This document shows positions 1 to 15,000 of a stretch of 64,000 nucleotides of DNA, in pieces. The notes below the pieces were generated by a model. The model was given only the letters and a program-made list of their open reading frames with translations. It was not told where the DNA came from and did no database searches. Positions within the stretch are counted from its first letter, which is position 1. Every line of letters begins with the position of its first letter. The position numbers and the translations under genes are program-made. Source of the DNA: Eledone cirrhosa (lineage: Eukaryota); assembly GCA_964016885.1 (NCBI GenBank), contig OZ024740.1:3782001-3846000 (forward strand), written 5' to 3'.

Positions 1-3000
1 TTGGGGTTAAACACTGCTAGAAGTAATATATTTGGGGATTAACACTGCTAGAAGTAATATATTTGGTGATTAACACTGCTAGAATTAATATGTAAGGGGT
101 TTAACACTACTAGAATTAATATATTTGCGGATTAACACTGCTAGAATTAATATATTTTTGGGTTTAACACTGCTAGAATTAATATATTTGAGGATTAACA
201 CTCCTAGAATTAATATATTTTGGGATTAACACTGCTAGAATTAATATATTTGGGGTTTAACACTGCTAGAATTAATATATTTGGGGATTAACACTGTTAC
301 AATTAATATATTTGGTGATTAACACTGCTGGAATTAATATATTTTGGGATTAACACTGTTAGAATTAATATATTTGGGGATTAACACTGTTAGAATTAAT
401 ATATTTGGGGATTAACACTGCTCGAATTAATATATTTGAGGATTAACACTGCTAGAATTAATATATTTGGGGATTAACACTGCTAGAATTAATATATTTG
501 GGGTTTAACACTGCTAGAATTAATATATTTTGGGATTAACACTGCTAGAATTAATATATTTGGGGATTAACACTGCCAGAATTAATATATTTGGGGATTA
601 ACACTGCTAGAATTAATATATTTGGGGATTAACACTGCTATAATTAATATATTTGGGGTTGAACACTGCTAGAAGTAATACATTTCGGGATTAACACTGC
701 TAGAATTAATATATTTAGGGATTAACACAGCTAGAATTAATATATTTGGAGTTTAACTCTGCTAGAATTAATATATTTGGGGTTTAACACTGCTAGAATT
801 AATATATTTGGGGTTTAACACTGCTAGAATTAATATATTTGGGGTTTAACACTGCTAGAATTAATATATTTGGGGATTAACACTGCTCGAATTAATATAT
901 TTGGGGATTAACACTGCTGGAATTAATATATTTGGAGATTAACACTGCTAGAATTAATATATTTGGGGGTTAACACTGCTAGTATTAATATATTTGGGGT
1001 TTAACACTGCTAGAATTAATATATTTGGGGTTTAACACTGCTAGAATTAATATATTTGGGGATTAACACTGTTAGAATTAATATATTTAGTGTTTAACAC
1101 TGCTAGAATTAATATATTTGGGGATTAACACTGCCATAATAAAAATATTTAGGGTTTAACACTGCTAGAATTAATATATTTGAGGATTAACACTCCTAGA
1201 ATTAATATATTTTGGGATTAACACTGCTAGAATTAATATATTTGGGGTTTAACACTGCTAGAATTAATATATTTGGGGATTAACACTGTTAGAATTAATA
1301 TATTTGGGTATTAACACTGCTAGAATTAATATATTTGGCGTTTAACGCTGCTAGAATTAATATATTTGGGGATTAACATTGCTAGAATTAATACAGTTGG
1401 GGATTACCACTGCCATAATAAAAATATTTAGGGTTTAACACTGCTAGAATTAATATATTTGGGGATTAACACTGCTAGAATTAATACATTTGGGGATTAA
1501 CACTGTTAGAATTAATATATTTTGGGATTAACACTGCTAGAATTAATATATTTGGGGATTAACACTGCTAGAATTAATATATTTTGGGTTTAACACTGCT
1601 AGAATTAATATATTTGAGGATTAACACTCCTAGAATTAATATATTTTGGGATTAACACTGCTAGAATTAATATATTTGGGGTTTAACACTGCTAGAATTA
1701 ATATATTTGGGGATTAACACTGTTAGAATTAATATATTTGGGGATTAACACTGCTAGAATTAATATATTTGGGGTTTAACACTGCTAGAATTAATATATT
1801 TGGGGATTAACACTGCTATAATTAAAATATTTAGGGTTTAACACTGCTAGAATAGATATATTTGGGGTTGAACACTGCTAAAGTTAATATATTTGGGGTT
1901 TAACACTGCTAGAATTAACATATTTGGGGATTAATACTGTGTAGAATTAATATATTTGGGGATTAACACTGCTAGAGTTAATATATTTGGGGTTTAACAC
2001 TGCTAGAATTAACATATTTGGGGATTAACACTTTTAGAATTAATATATTTGGGGATTAACACTGCTAGAATTAATATATTTGGGGATTAACACTGCTAGA
2101 ATTAATATATTTGGGATTTAACACTGCTAGAATTAATATATTTGGGGATTAACACTGCTAGAATTAACATATTTGTGGATTAACACTGTTAGAATTAATA
2201 TATTTGGGGATTAACACTGCTAGAATTAATATATTTGGGGATTAACACTGCTAGAATTAATATATTTGGGGTTTAACATTGCTAGAATTAATATATTTGG
2301 GGATTAACACTGCTAGAATTAATATATTTGGGGTTTAACACTGCTAGAATTAATATATTAGGGCATTAACACTGCTAGAATTAATATATTTAGGGATTAA
2401 CACTTCTAGAATTAATATATTTGGAGTTTAACACTTCTAGAATTAATATATTTGGGGATTAACACTGCTAGAATTAATATATTTGGGGATTAACACTGCT
2501 AGAATTAATATATTTCGGGATTAACACTACTAGAATTAATATATTTGGGGATAACACTGCTAGATTTAATATATTTCGGCATTAACACTGCTAGAATTAA
2601 TATATTTGGGGATCAACACTGCTAGAATTAATATATCTGGGGACTAACACTGCTAGAATTAATATATTTAGGGTTTATCACTGCTAGAATTAATATATTT
2701 GAGGATTAACACAGCTAGAATTAATATATTTGGGGTTAACACTGCTAGAATTAATATATTTGGGGATTAACACTGCTAGAATTAATATATTTGGGGATTA
2801 ACACTGCTAGAATTAATATATTTGGGGATTAACACTGCCGGAATTAATATATTTGGGGATTAACACTGCTATAATTAACATATTTGGGGATTAACACTGC
2901 TAGAATTAATATATTTGGGAATTAACACTGCTAGTATTAATATATTTAGGGTTTAACACTGCTAGAATTAATATATTTGGGGATTAACACTGCTAGAATT

Positions 3001-6000
3001 AATGTATTTTGGGTTTAACACTGCTATAATTAAAATATTTAGGGTTTAACACTGCTAGAATTAATATATTTGGGGTTTAACACTGCTAGAATTAATATAT
3101 TTGGGGATTAACACTGCTAGAATTAATATATTTGTGGTTTAACACTGCTAGAATTCATATATTTGGGGTTTAACACTGCTAGAATTCATATATTTGGGGA
3201 TTAACACTGCTAGTATTAATATATTTGTGGATTAACACTGCTAGAATTAATATATTTGGGGATTAACACTGCTAGAAGTAATATATTTGTGGTTTAACAC
3301 TGCTAGAATTAATATATTTGGGGATTAACACTGCTGGAATTAACATATTTGGGGATTAACACTGCTAGATTTAACATATTTGGGGATTAACACTGCTAGA
3401 ATTAATATATTTGGGGATTAACACTGCTAGTATTAATATATTTAGGGTTTAACACTGCTAGAATTAATATATTTGGGGATTAACACTGCTAGAATTAATG
3501 TATTTGGGGTTTAACACTGCTATAATTAAAATATTTAGGGTTTAACACTGCTAGAATTAATATATTTGGGGTTTAACACTGCTAGAATTAATATATTTGT
3601 GGATTAACACTGCTAGAATAAATATATTTGGCGATTAACACTGCTAGAATTAATATATTTGGGGTTTAACACAGCTAGAAATAATATATATGGGGATTAA
3701 CACTGCTAGAATTAATATATTTGGGGTTTAACACTGCTAGAATTAATATATTTGGGGTTTACCACTGCTAGAATTAATATATTTGGGGATTAACACTGCT
3801 AGAATTAATATATTTGGGGATTAACACTGCTAGAATTAATATATTTGGGGATTAACACTGCTAGAATTAATATATTTAGGGTTTAACACTGCTAGAATTA
3901 ATATATTTGGAGTTTAACTCTGCTAGAATTAAAATATTTGGGTTTAACACTGTTAGAATTAATATATTTGGGGATTAACACTGCTAGAATTAATATATTT
4001 GTGGTTTAACACTGCTAGAATTAATATATTTGGGGATTAACACTGCTAGAATTAATATATTTGGGGTTTAACACAGCTAGAATTAATATATATGGGGATT
4101 AACACTGCTAGAATTAATATATTTGGGGTTTAACACTGCTAGAATTAATATATTTGGGGATTAACACTGCTAGAATTAATATATTTGGGGTTTAACATTG
4201 CTCGAATTAATATATTTCGGGTTTAACACTGCTAGAATTAATATATTTGGGGATTAACACTGCTAGAATTAATATATTTGGGGATTAACACTGCTAGAAT
4301 AAATATGTTTTGGGGTTTAACACTACTAGAATAAATATATTTGGGGATAACACTGCTAGAATTAATATATTTGGGGATTAACACTGCTAGAATTAATATA
4401 TTTGCGGATTAACACTGCTAGAATCAATATATTTAGGGTTTATCACTACTAGAATTAATATATTTTGTGTTTAACACTGCTAGAATTAATATATTTGGGG
4501 TTTAACACTGCTATAATTAAAATATTTAGGGTTTAACGCTGCTAGAATTAACATATTTGGGGATTAACACTGTTAGAATTAATATATTTTTGGGATTAAC
4601 ACTGCTAGAATTAATATATTTGAGGATTAACACTGCTAGAATTAATATATTTGGGGTTTAACACTGTTAGAATTAACATATTTGGGGAATAACACTTTTA
4701 GAATTAATATATTTGGGGATTAACACTGCTAGAATTAATATATTTGGGGATTAATACTGCTAGAATTAATATATTTGGGGATTAACACTGCTAGAATTAA
4801 TATATTTGGGATTTAACACTGCTAGAATTAATATATTTGGGGATTAACACTGCTAGAATTAACATATTTGGGAATTAACACTGCTAGAATTAATATATTT
4901 GGGGATTAACACTGCTAGAATTAATATATATGGTGTGTAACACTGGTAGAATTAATATATTTTGGGTTTAACACTGCTAGAATTAATATATTTGGGGATT
5001 AACACTGCTAGAATTAATATATTTGGGGATTAACCCTGCTAGAATTAATATGTTTGGGGTTTAACACTACTAGAATTAATATATTTGGGGATAACACTGC
5101 TAGAATTAATATATTTGGGCATTAACACTGCTAGAATTAATATATTTGGGGTTTAACACTGCTAGAATTAATATATTTAAGGATTAACAGTGCTATAATA
5201 AAAATATTTAGGGTTTAACACTGCTAGAATCAATATATTTAGGGTTTATCACTACTAGAATTAATATATTTTGGGTTTAACACTGCTAGAATTAATATAT
5301 CTGGGGTTTAGCACTGCTATAATTAAAATATTTAGGGTTTAACACTGCTAGAATTGATATATTTGGGGTTGAACACTGCTAGAATTAACATATCTGGGGA
5401 TTAACACTTTTAGAATTAATATATTTGGGGATTAACACTGCTAGAATTAATATATTTGGGGATTAATACTGCTAGAATTAATATATTTGGGGATTAACAC
5501 TGCTAGAATTAATATATTTGGGATTTAACACTGCTAGAATTAATATATTTGGGGATTAACACTGCTAGAATTAACATATTTGGGGATTAACACTGCTAGA
5601 ATTAATATATTTGGGGATTAACACTGCTAGAATTAATATATTTGGTGTGTAACACTGCTAGAATTAATATATTTGGAGTTTAACTCTGCTAGAATTAAAA
5701 TATTTGGGTTTAACACTGTTAGAATTAATATATTTGGGGATTAACACTGCTAGAATTAATATATTTGTGGTTTAACACTGCTAGAATTAATATATTTGGG
5801 GATTAACACTGCTAGAATTAATATATTTGGGGTTTAACACAGCTAGAATTAATATATATGGGGATTAACACTGCTAGAATTAATATATTTGGGGTTTAAC
5901 ACTGCTAGAATTAATATATTTGGGGATTAACACTGCTAGTATTAATATATTTAGGGTTTAACACTGCTAGAATTAATATATTTGGGGATTAACACTGCTA

Positions 6001-9000
6001 GAATTAATGTATTTGGGGTTTAACACTGCTATAATTAAAATATTTAGGGTTTAACACTGCTAGAATTAATATATTTGGGGTTTAACACTGCTAGAATTAA
6101 TATATTTGTGGATTAACACTGCTAGAATAAATATATTTGGCGATTAACACTGCTAGAATTAATATATTTGGGGTTTAACACAGCTAGAAATAATATATAT
6201 GGGGATTAACACTGCTAGAATTAATATATTTGGGGTTTAACACTGCTAGAATTAATATATTTGGGGTTTACCACTGCTAGAATTAATATATTTGGGGATT
6301 AACACTGCTAGAATTAATATATTTGGGGATTAACACTGCTAGAATTAATATATTTGGGGATTAACACTGCTAGAATTAATATATTTAGGGTTTAACACTG
6401 CTAGAATTAATATATTTGGAGTTTAACTCTGCTAGAATTAAAATATTTGGGTTTAACACTGTTAGAATTAATATATTTGGGGATTAACACTGCTAGAATT
6501 AATATATTTGTGGTTTAACACTGCTAGAATTAATATATTTGGGGATTAACACTGCTAGAATTAATATATTTGGGGTTTAACACAGCTAGAATTAATATAT
6601 ATGGGGATTAACACTGCTAGAATTAATATATTTGGGGTTTAACACTGCTAGAATTAATATATTTGGGGATTAACACTGCTAGAATTAATATATTTGGGGT
6701 TTAACATTGCTCGAATTAATATATTTCGGGTTTAACACTGCTAGAATTAATATATTTGGGGATTAACACTGCTAGAATTAATATATTTGGGGATTAACAC
6801 TGCTAGAATAAATATGTTTTGGGGTTTAACACTACTAGAATAAATATATTTGGGGATAACACTGCTAGAATTAATATATTTGGGGATTAACACTGCTAGA
6901 ATTAATATATTTGCGGATTAACACTGCTAGAATCAATATATTTAGGGTTTATCACTACTAGAATTAATATATTTTGTGTTTAACACTGCTAGAATTAATA
7001 TATTTGGGGTTTAACACTGCTATAATTAAAATATTTAGGGTTTAACGCTGCTAGAATTAACATATTTGGGGATTAACACTGTTAGAATTAATATATTTTT
7101 GGGATTAACACTGCTAGAATTAATATATTTGAGGATTAACACTGCTAGAATTAATATATTTGGGGTTTAACACTGTTAGAATTAACATATTTGGGGAATA
7201 ACACTTTTAGAATTAATATATTTGGGGATTAACACTGCTAGAATTAATATATTTGGGGATTAATACTGCTAGAATTAATATATTTGGGGATTAACACTGC
7301 TAGAATTAATATATTTGGGATTTAACACTGCTAGAATTAATATATTTGGGGATTAACACTGCTAGAATTAACATATTTGGGAATTAACACTGCTAGAATT
7401 AATATATTTGGGGATTAACACTGCTAGAATTAATATATATGGTGTGTAACACTGGTAGAATTAATATATTTTGGGTTTAACACTGCTAGAATTAATATAT
7501 TTGGGGATTAACACTGCTAGAATTAATATATTTGGGGATTAACCCTGCTAGAATTAATATGTTTGGGGTTTAACACTACTAGAATTAATATATTTGGGGA
7601 TAACACTGCTAGAATTAATATATTTGGGCATTAACACTGCTAGAATTAATATATTTGGGGTTTAACACTGCTAGAATTAATATATTTAAGGATTAACAGT
7701 GCTATAATAAAAATATTTAGGGTTTAACACTGCTAGAATCAATATATTTAGGGTTTATCACTACTAGAATTAATATATTTTGGGTTTAACACTGCTAGAA
7801 TTAATATATCTGGGGTTTAGCACTGCTATAATTAAAATATTTAGGGTTTAACACTGCTAGAATTGATATATTTGGGGTTGAACACTGCTAGAATTAACAT
7901 ATCTGGGGATTAACACTTTTAGAATTAATATATTTGGGGATTAACACTGCTAGAATTAATATATTTGGGGATTAATACTGCTAGAATTAATATATTTGGG
8001 GATTAACACTGCTAGAATTAATATATTTGGGATTTAACACTGCTAGAATTAATATATTTGGGGATTAACACTGCTAGAATTAACATATTTGGGGATTAAC
8101 ACTGCTAGAATTAATATATTTGGGGATTAACACTGCTAGAATTAATATATTTGGTGTGTAACACTGCTAGAATTAATATATTTGGAGTTTAACTCTGCTA
8201 GAATTAAAATATTTGGGTTTAACACTGTTAGAATTAATATATTTGGGGATTAACACTGCTAGAATTAATATATTTGTGGTTTAACACTGCTAGAATTAAT
8301 ATATTTGGGGATTAACACTGCTAGAATTAATATATTTGGGGTTTAACACAGCTAGAATTAATATATATGGGGATTAACACTGCTAGAATTAATATATTTG
8401 GGGTTTAACACTGCTAGAATTAATATATTTGGGGATTAACACTGCTAGAATTAATATATTTGGGGTTTAACATTGCTCGAATTAATATATTTCGGGTTTA
8501 ACACTGCTAGAATTAATATATTTGGGGATTAACACTGCTAGAATTAATATATTTGGGGATTAACACTGCTAGAATAAATATGTTTGGGGTTTAACACTAC
8601 TAGAATAAATATATTTGGGGATAACACTGCTAGAATTAATATATTTGGGGATTAACACTGCTAGAATTAATATATTTGCGGATTAACACTGCTAGAATCA
8701 ATATATTTAGGGTTTATCACTACTAGAATTAATATATTTTGTGTTTAACACTGCTAGAATTAATATATTTGGGGTTTAACACTGCTATAATTAAAATATT
8801 TAGGGTTTAACGCTGCTAGAATTAACATATTTGGGGATTAACACTGTTATAATTAATATATTTTTGGGATTAACACTGCTAGAATTAATATATTTGAGGA
8901 TTAACACTGCTAGAATTAATATATTTGGGGTTTAACACTGTTAGAATTAACATATTTGGGGAATAACACTTTTAGAATTAATATATTTGGGGATTAACAC

Positions 9001-12000
9001 TGCTAGAATTAATATATTTGGGGATTAATACTGCTAGAATTAATATATTTGGGGATTAACACTGCTAGAATTAATATATTTGGGATTTAACACTGCTAGA
9101 ATTAATATATTAGGGGATTAACACTGCTAGAATTAACATATTTGGGGATTAACACTGCTAGAATTAATATATTTGGGGATTAACACTGCTAGAATTAATA
9201 TATATGGTGTGTAACACTGGTAGAATTAATATATTTTGGGTTTAACACTGCTAGAATTAATATATTTGGGGATTAACACTGCTAGAATTAATATATTTGG
9301 GGATTAACCCTGCTAGAATTAATATGTTTGGGGTTTAACACTACTAGAATTAATATATTTGGGGATAACACTGCTAGAATTAATATATTTGGGCATTAAC
9401 ACTGCTAGAATTAATATATTTGGGGTTTAACACTGCTAGAATTAATATATTTAAGGATTAACAGTGCTATAATAAAAATATTTAGGGTTTAACACTGCTA
9501 GAATCAATATATTTAGGGTTTATCACTACTAGAATTAATATATTTGGGGATTAACACTGCTAGAATTAATATATCTGGGGTTTAGCACTGCTATAATTAA
9601 AATATTTAGGGTTTAACACTGCTAGAACTGATATATTTGGGGTTGAACACTGCTAGAATTAACATATCTGGGGATTAACACTTTTAGAATTAATATATTT
9701 GGGGATTAACACTGCTAGAATTAATATATTTGGGGATTAATACTGCTAGAATTAATATATTTGGGGATTAACACTGCTAGAATTAATATATTTGGTGTGT
9801 AACACTGCTAGAATTAATATATTTGCGGATTAACACTGCTAGAATTAACATATTTGGGGATTAACACTGCTAGAATTAATATATTTGGGGATTAACACTG
9901 CTAGAATTAATATATTTGGTGTGTAACATTGCTAGAATTAATATATTTGCGGATTAACACTGCTAGAATTAATATATTTAGGGTTTAACATTGCTAGAAT
10001 TAATATATTTGGGGTTTAACACTGCTAGAATTAACATATTTGGGGTTTAACACTGCTAGAATTAATATATTAGGGCATTAACACTGCTAGAATTAATATA
10101 GTTAGGGATTAACACTTCTAGAATTATTATATTTGGAGTTTAACACTGCTAGAATTAATATATTTGGGGATTAACACTGCTAGAATTAATATATTTGGGG
10201 ATTAACACTGCTAGAATTAATATATTTGGGGATTAACATTACTAGAACTAATATATTTGGGGATAACACTGCTAGAATTAATATATTTCGGCATTAAACA
10301 CTCCTAGAATTAATATATTTGGGGATCAACACTGCTAGAATTAATATATCTGGGGACTAACACTGCTAGAATTAATATATTTAGGGTTTATCACTGCTAG
10401 AATTAATATATTTGAGGATTAACACAGCTAGAATTAATGTATTTGGGGTTAACACTGCTAGAATTAATATATTTGGGGATTAACACTGCTAGAATTAATA
10501 TATTTGGGGATTAACACTGCTAGAATTAATATATTTGGGGATTAACACTCCTGGAATTAATATATTTGGGGATTAACACTGCTATAATTAACATATTTGG
10601 GGATTAACACTGCTAGAATTAATATATTTGGGGATTAACACTGCTAGTATTAATATATTTAGGATTTAACACTGCTAGAATTAATATATTTGGGGATTAA
10701 CACTGCTAGAATTAATGTATTTGGGGTTAACACTGCTAGAATTAATATATTTGGGGATTAACACTGCTAGAATTAATATATTTGGGGATTAACACTGCTA
10801 GAATTAATATATTTGGGGATTAACACTGCTGGAATTAATATATTTGGGGATTAACACTGCTAGAATTAACATATTTGGGGATTAACACTGCTAGAATTAA
10901 TATATTTGGGGATTAACACTGCTAGTATTAATATATTTAGGGTTTAACACTGCTAGAATTAATATATTTGGGGATTAACACTGCTAGAATTAATGTATTT
11001 GGGGTTTAACACTGCTAGAATTAATATATATGGGGATTAACACTGCTAGAATTAATATATTTGGGGATTAACACTGCTAGAATTAATATATTTCGGGATT
11101 AACACTGCTAGAATTAATATATTTAGGGTTTAACACTGCTAGAATTAATATATTTGGAGTTAGTTTAACTCTGCTAGAATTAATATATTTGGGTTTAACA
11201 CTGTTAGAATTAATATATTTGGGGATTAACACTGCTAGAATTAATATATTTGTGGTTTAACACTGCTAGAATTAATATATTTGGGGTTTAACACAGCTAG
11301 AATTAATATATATATGGGGATTAACACTGCTAGAATTAATATATTTGGGGTTTAACACTGCTAGAATTAATATAGTTGGTGATTAACACTGCTAGAATTA
11401 ATATATTTGGGGATTAACACTGCTAGAATAAATATGTTTGGGGTTTAACACTAGTAGAATAAATATATTTGGGGATAACACTGCTAGAATTAATATATTT
11501 GAGCATTAACACTGCTAGAATTAATATATTTGGGGATTAACACTGCTAGAATTAATATATTTCGGCATTAACACTGCTAGAATCAATATATTTAGGGTTT
11601 ATCACTACTAGAATTAATATATTTTGTGTTTAACACTGCTAGAATTAATATATTTGGGGTTTAACACTGCTAGAATTAACATATTTGGGGTTTAACACTG
11701 CTATAATTAAAATATTTAGGGTTTAACGCTGCTAGAATTAACATATTTGGGGATTAACACTGTTAGAATTAATATATTTTTGGGATTAACACTGCTAGAA
11801 TTAATATATTTGAGGATTAACACTGCTAGAATTAATATATTTGGGGATTAACACTGCTAGAATTAATATATTTGGGGTTTAACACTGCTAGAATTAACAT
11901 ATTTGGGGATTAACACTTTTAGAATTAATATATTTGGGGATTAACACTGCTAGAATTAATATATTTGTGGATTAATACTGCTAGAATTAATATATTTGGG

Positions 12001-15000
12001 GATTAACACTGCTAGAATTAATATATTTGGCATTTAACACTGCTAGAATTAATATATTTGGGGATTAACACTGCTAGAATTAACATATTTGGGGATTAAC
12101 ACTGCTAGTATTAATATATTTGGGGATTAACACTGCTAGAATTAATATATTTGGTGTGTAACACTGGTAGAATTAATATATTTGGGGATTGACACTGCTA
12201 GAATTAACATATTTGGGGTTTAACACTGCTAGAATTAATATATTTGGGGATTAACACTGCTAGAATTAATACATTTTGGGGATTAACACTGCTAGAATTA
12301 ATATGTTTGGGGTTTAACACTACTAGAATTAATATATTTGGGGATAACACTGCTAGAATTAATATATTTGGGCATTAACACTGCTAGAATTAATATATTT
12401 GGGGATTAACCCTGCTAGAATTAATATATTTGCGGATTAACAGTGCTATAATAAAAATATTTAGGGTTTAACACTGCTAGAATCAATATATTTAGGGTTT
12501 ATCACTACTAGAATTAATATATTTTGGGTTTAACACTGCTAGAATTAATATATCTGGGGTTTAACACTGCTATAATTAAAATATTTAGGGTTTAACACTG
12601 CTAGAATTAACATATTTGGGGATTAACACTGTTAGAATTAATATATTTGGGGATTAACACTGCTAGAATTAATATATTTGAGGATTAACACTGCTAGAAT
12701 TAATATATTTGGGGATTAACACTGCTAGAATTAATATATTTGGGGTTTAACACTGCTAGAATTAATATATTTGGGGATTAACACTGCTATAATTAAAATA
12801 TTTAGGGTTTAACACTGCTAGAATTGATATCTTTGGGGTGGAACACTGCTAAAGTTAATATATTTGGGGTTTAACACTGCTAGAATTAACATATTTGGGG
12901 ATTAATACTGTGTAGAATTAATATATTTGGGGATAAACACTGCTAGAGTTAATATATTTGGGGTTTAACACTGCTAGAATTAACATATCTGGGGATTAAC
13001 ACTTTTAGAATTAATATATTTGGGGATTAACACTGCTAGAATTAATATATTTGGGGACTAATACTGCTAGAATTAATATATTTGGGGATTAACACTGCTA
13101 GAATTAATATATTTGGGATTTAACACTGCTAGAATTAATATATTTGGGGATTAACACTGCTAGAATTAACATATTTGGGGATTAACACTGCTAGAATTAA
13201 TATATTTGGGGATTAACACTGCTAGAATTAATATATTTGGTGTGTAACACTGATGGAATTAATATATTTGGGGATTAACACTGCTAGAATTAATATATTT
13301 GGGGTTTAACATTGCTAGAATTAATATATTTGGGGTTTAACACTGCTAGAATTAATATATTTGGGGTTTAACACTGCTAGAATTAATATATTAGGGCATT
13401 AACACTGCTAGAATTAATATATTTAGGGATTAACACTTCTAGAATTAATATATTTGGAGTTTAACACTGCTAGAATTAATATATTTGGGGATTAACACTG
13501 CTAGAATTAACATATTTGGGGATTAACACTGCTAGAATTAATATATTTGGGGATTAACACTGCTAGAATTAATATATTTGGTGTGTAACACTGCTAGAAT
13601 TAATATATTTGCGGATTAACACTGCTAGAATTAACATATTTGGGGATTAACACTGCTAGAATTAATATATTTGGGGACTAACACTGCTAGAATTAATATA
13701 TTTAGGGTTTATCACTGCTAGAATTAATATATTTGAGGATTAACACAGCTAGAATTAATATATTTGGGGTTAACACTGCTAGAATTAATATATTTGGGGA
13801 TTAACACTGCTAGAATTAATATATTTGGGGATTAACACTGCTAGAATTAATATATTTGGGGATTAACACTGCCGGAATTAATATATTTGGGGATTAACAC
13901 TGCTATAATTAACATATTTGGGGATTAACACTGCTAGAATTAATATATTTGGGAATTAACACTGCTAGTATTAATATATTTAGGGTTTAACACTGCTAGA
14001 ATTAATATATTTGGGGATTAACACTGCTAGAATTAATGTATTTGGGGTTTAACACTGCTATAATTAAAATATTTAGGGTTTAACACTGCTAGAATTAATA
14101 TATTTGGGGTTTAACACTGCTAGAATTAATATATTTGGGGATTAACACTGCTAGAATAAATATATTTGTGGTTTAACACTGCTAGAATTCATATATTTGG
14201 GGTTTAACACTGCTAGAATTCATATATTTGGGGATTAACACTGCTAGTATTAATATATTTGTGGATTAACACTGCTAGAATTAATATATTTGGGGATTAA
14301 CACAGCTAGAAGTAATATATATGTGGTTTAACACTGCTAGAATTAATATATTTGGGGATTAACACTGCTGGAATTAACATATTTGGGGATTAACACTGCT
14401 AGATTTAACATATTTGGGGATTAACACTGCTAGAATTAATATATTTGGGGATTAACACTGCTAGTATTAATATATTTAGGGTTTAACACTGCTAGAATTA
14501 ATATATTTGGGGATTAACACTGCTAGAATTAATATATTTAGGGTTTATCACTGCTAGAATTAATATATTTTGGGTTAACACTGCTAGAATTAATATATTT
14601 GGGGATTAACACTGCTAGAATTAATATATTTGGGGATTAACACTGCTGGAATTAATATATTTGGGGATTAACACTGCTAGAATTAATATATTTGGGGTTT
14701 AACACTGCTAGAATTAATATATTTGGGGATTAACACTGCTAGAATTAATATAATTGTGGTTTAACACTGCTAGAATTCATATATTTGGTGTTTAACACTG
14801 CTAGAATTCATATATTTGGGGATTAACACTGCTAGAATTAATATATTTGTGGATTAACACTGCTAGAATAAATATATTTGGGGATTAACACTGCTAGAAT
14901 TAATATATTTGTGGTTTAACACTGCTAGAATTAATATATTTGGGGTTTAACACAGCTAGAAATAATATATCTGGGGATTAACGCTGCTAGAATTAATATA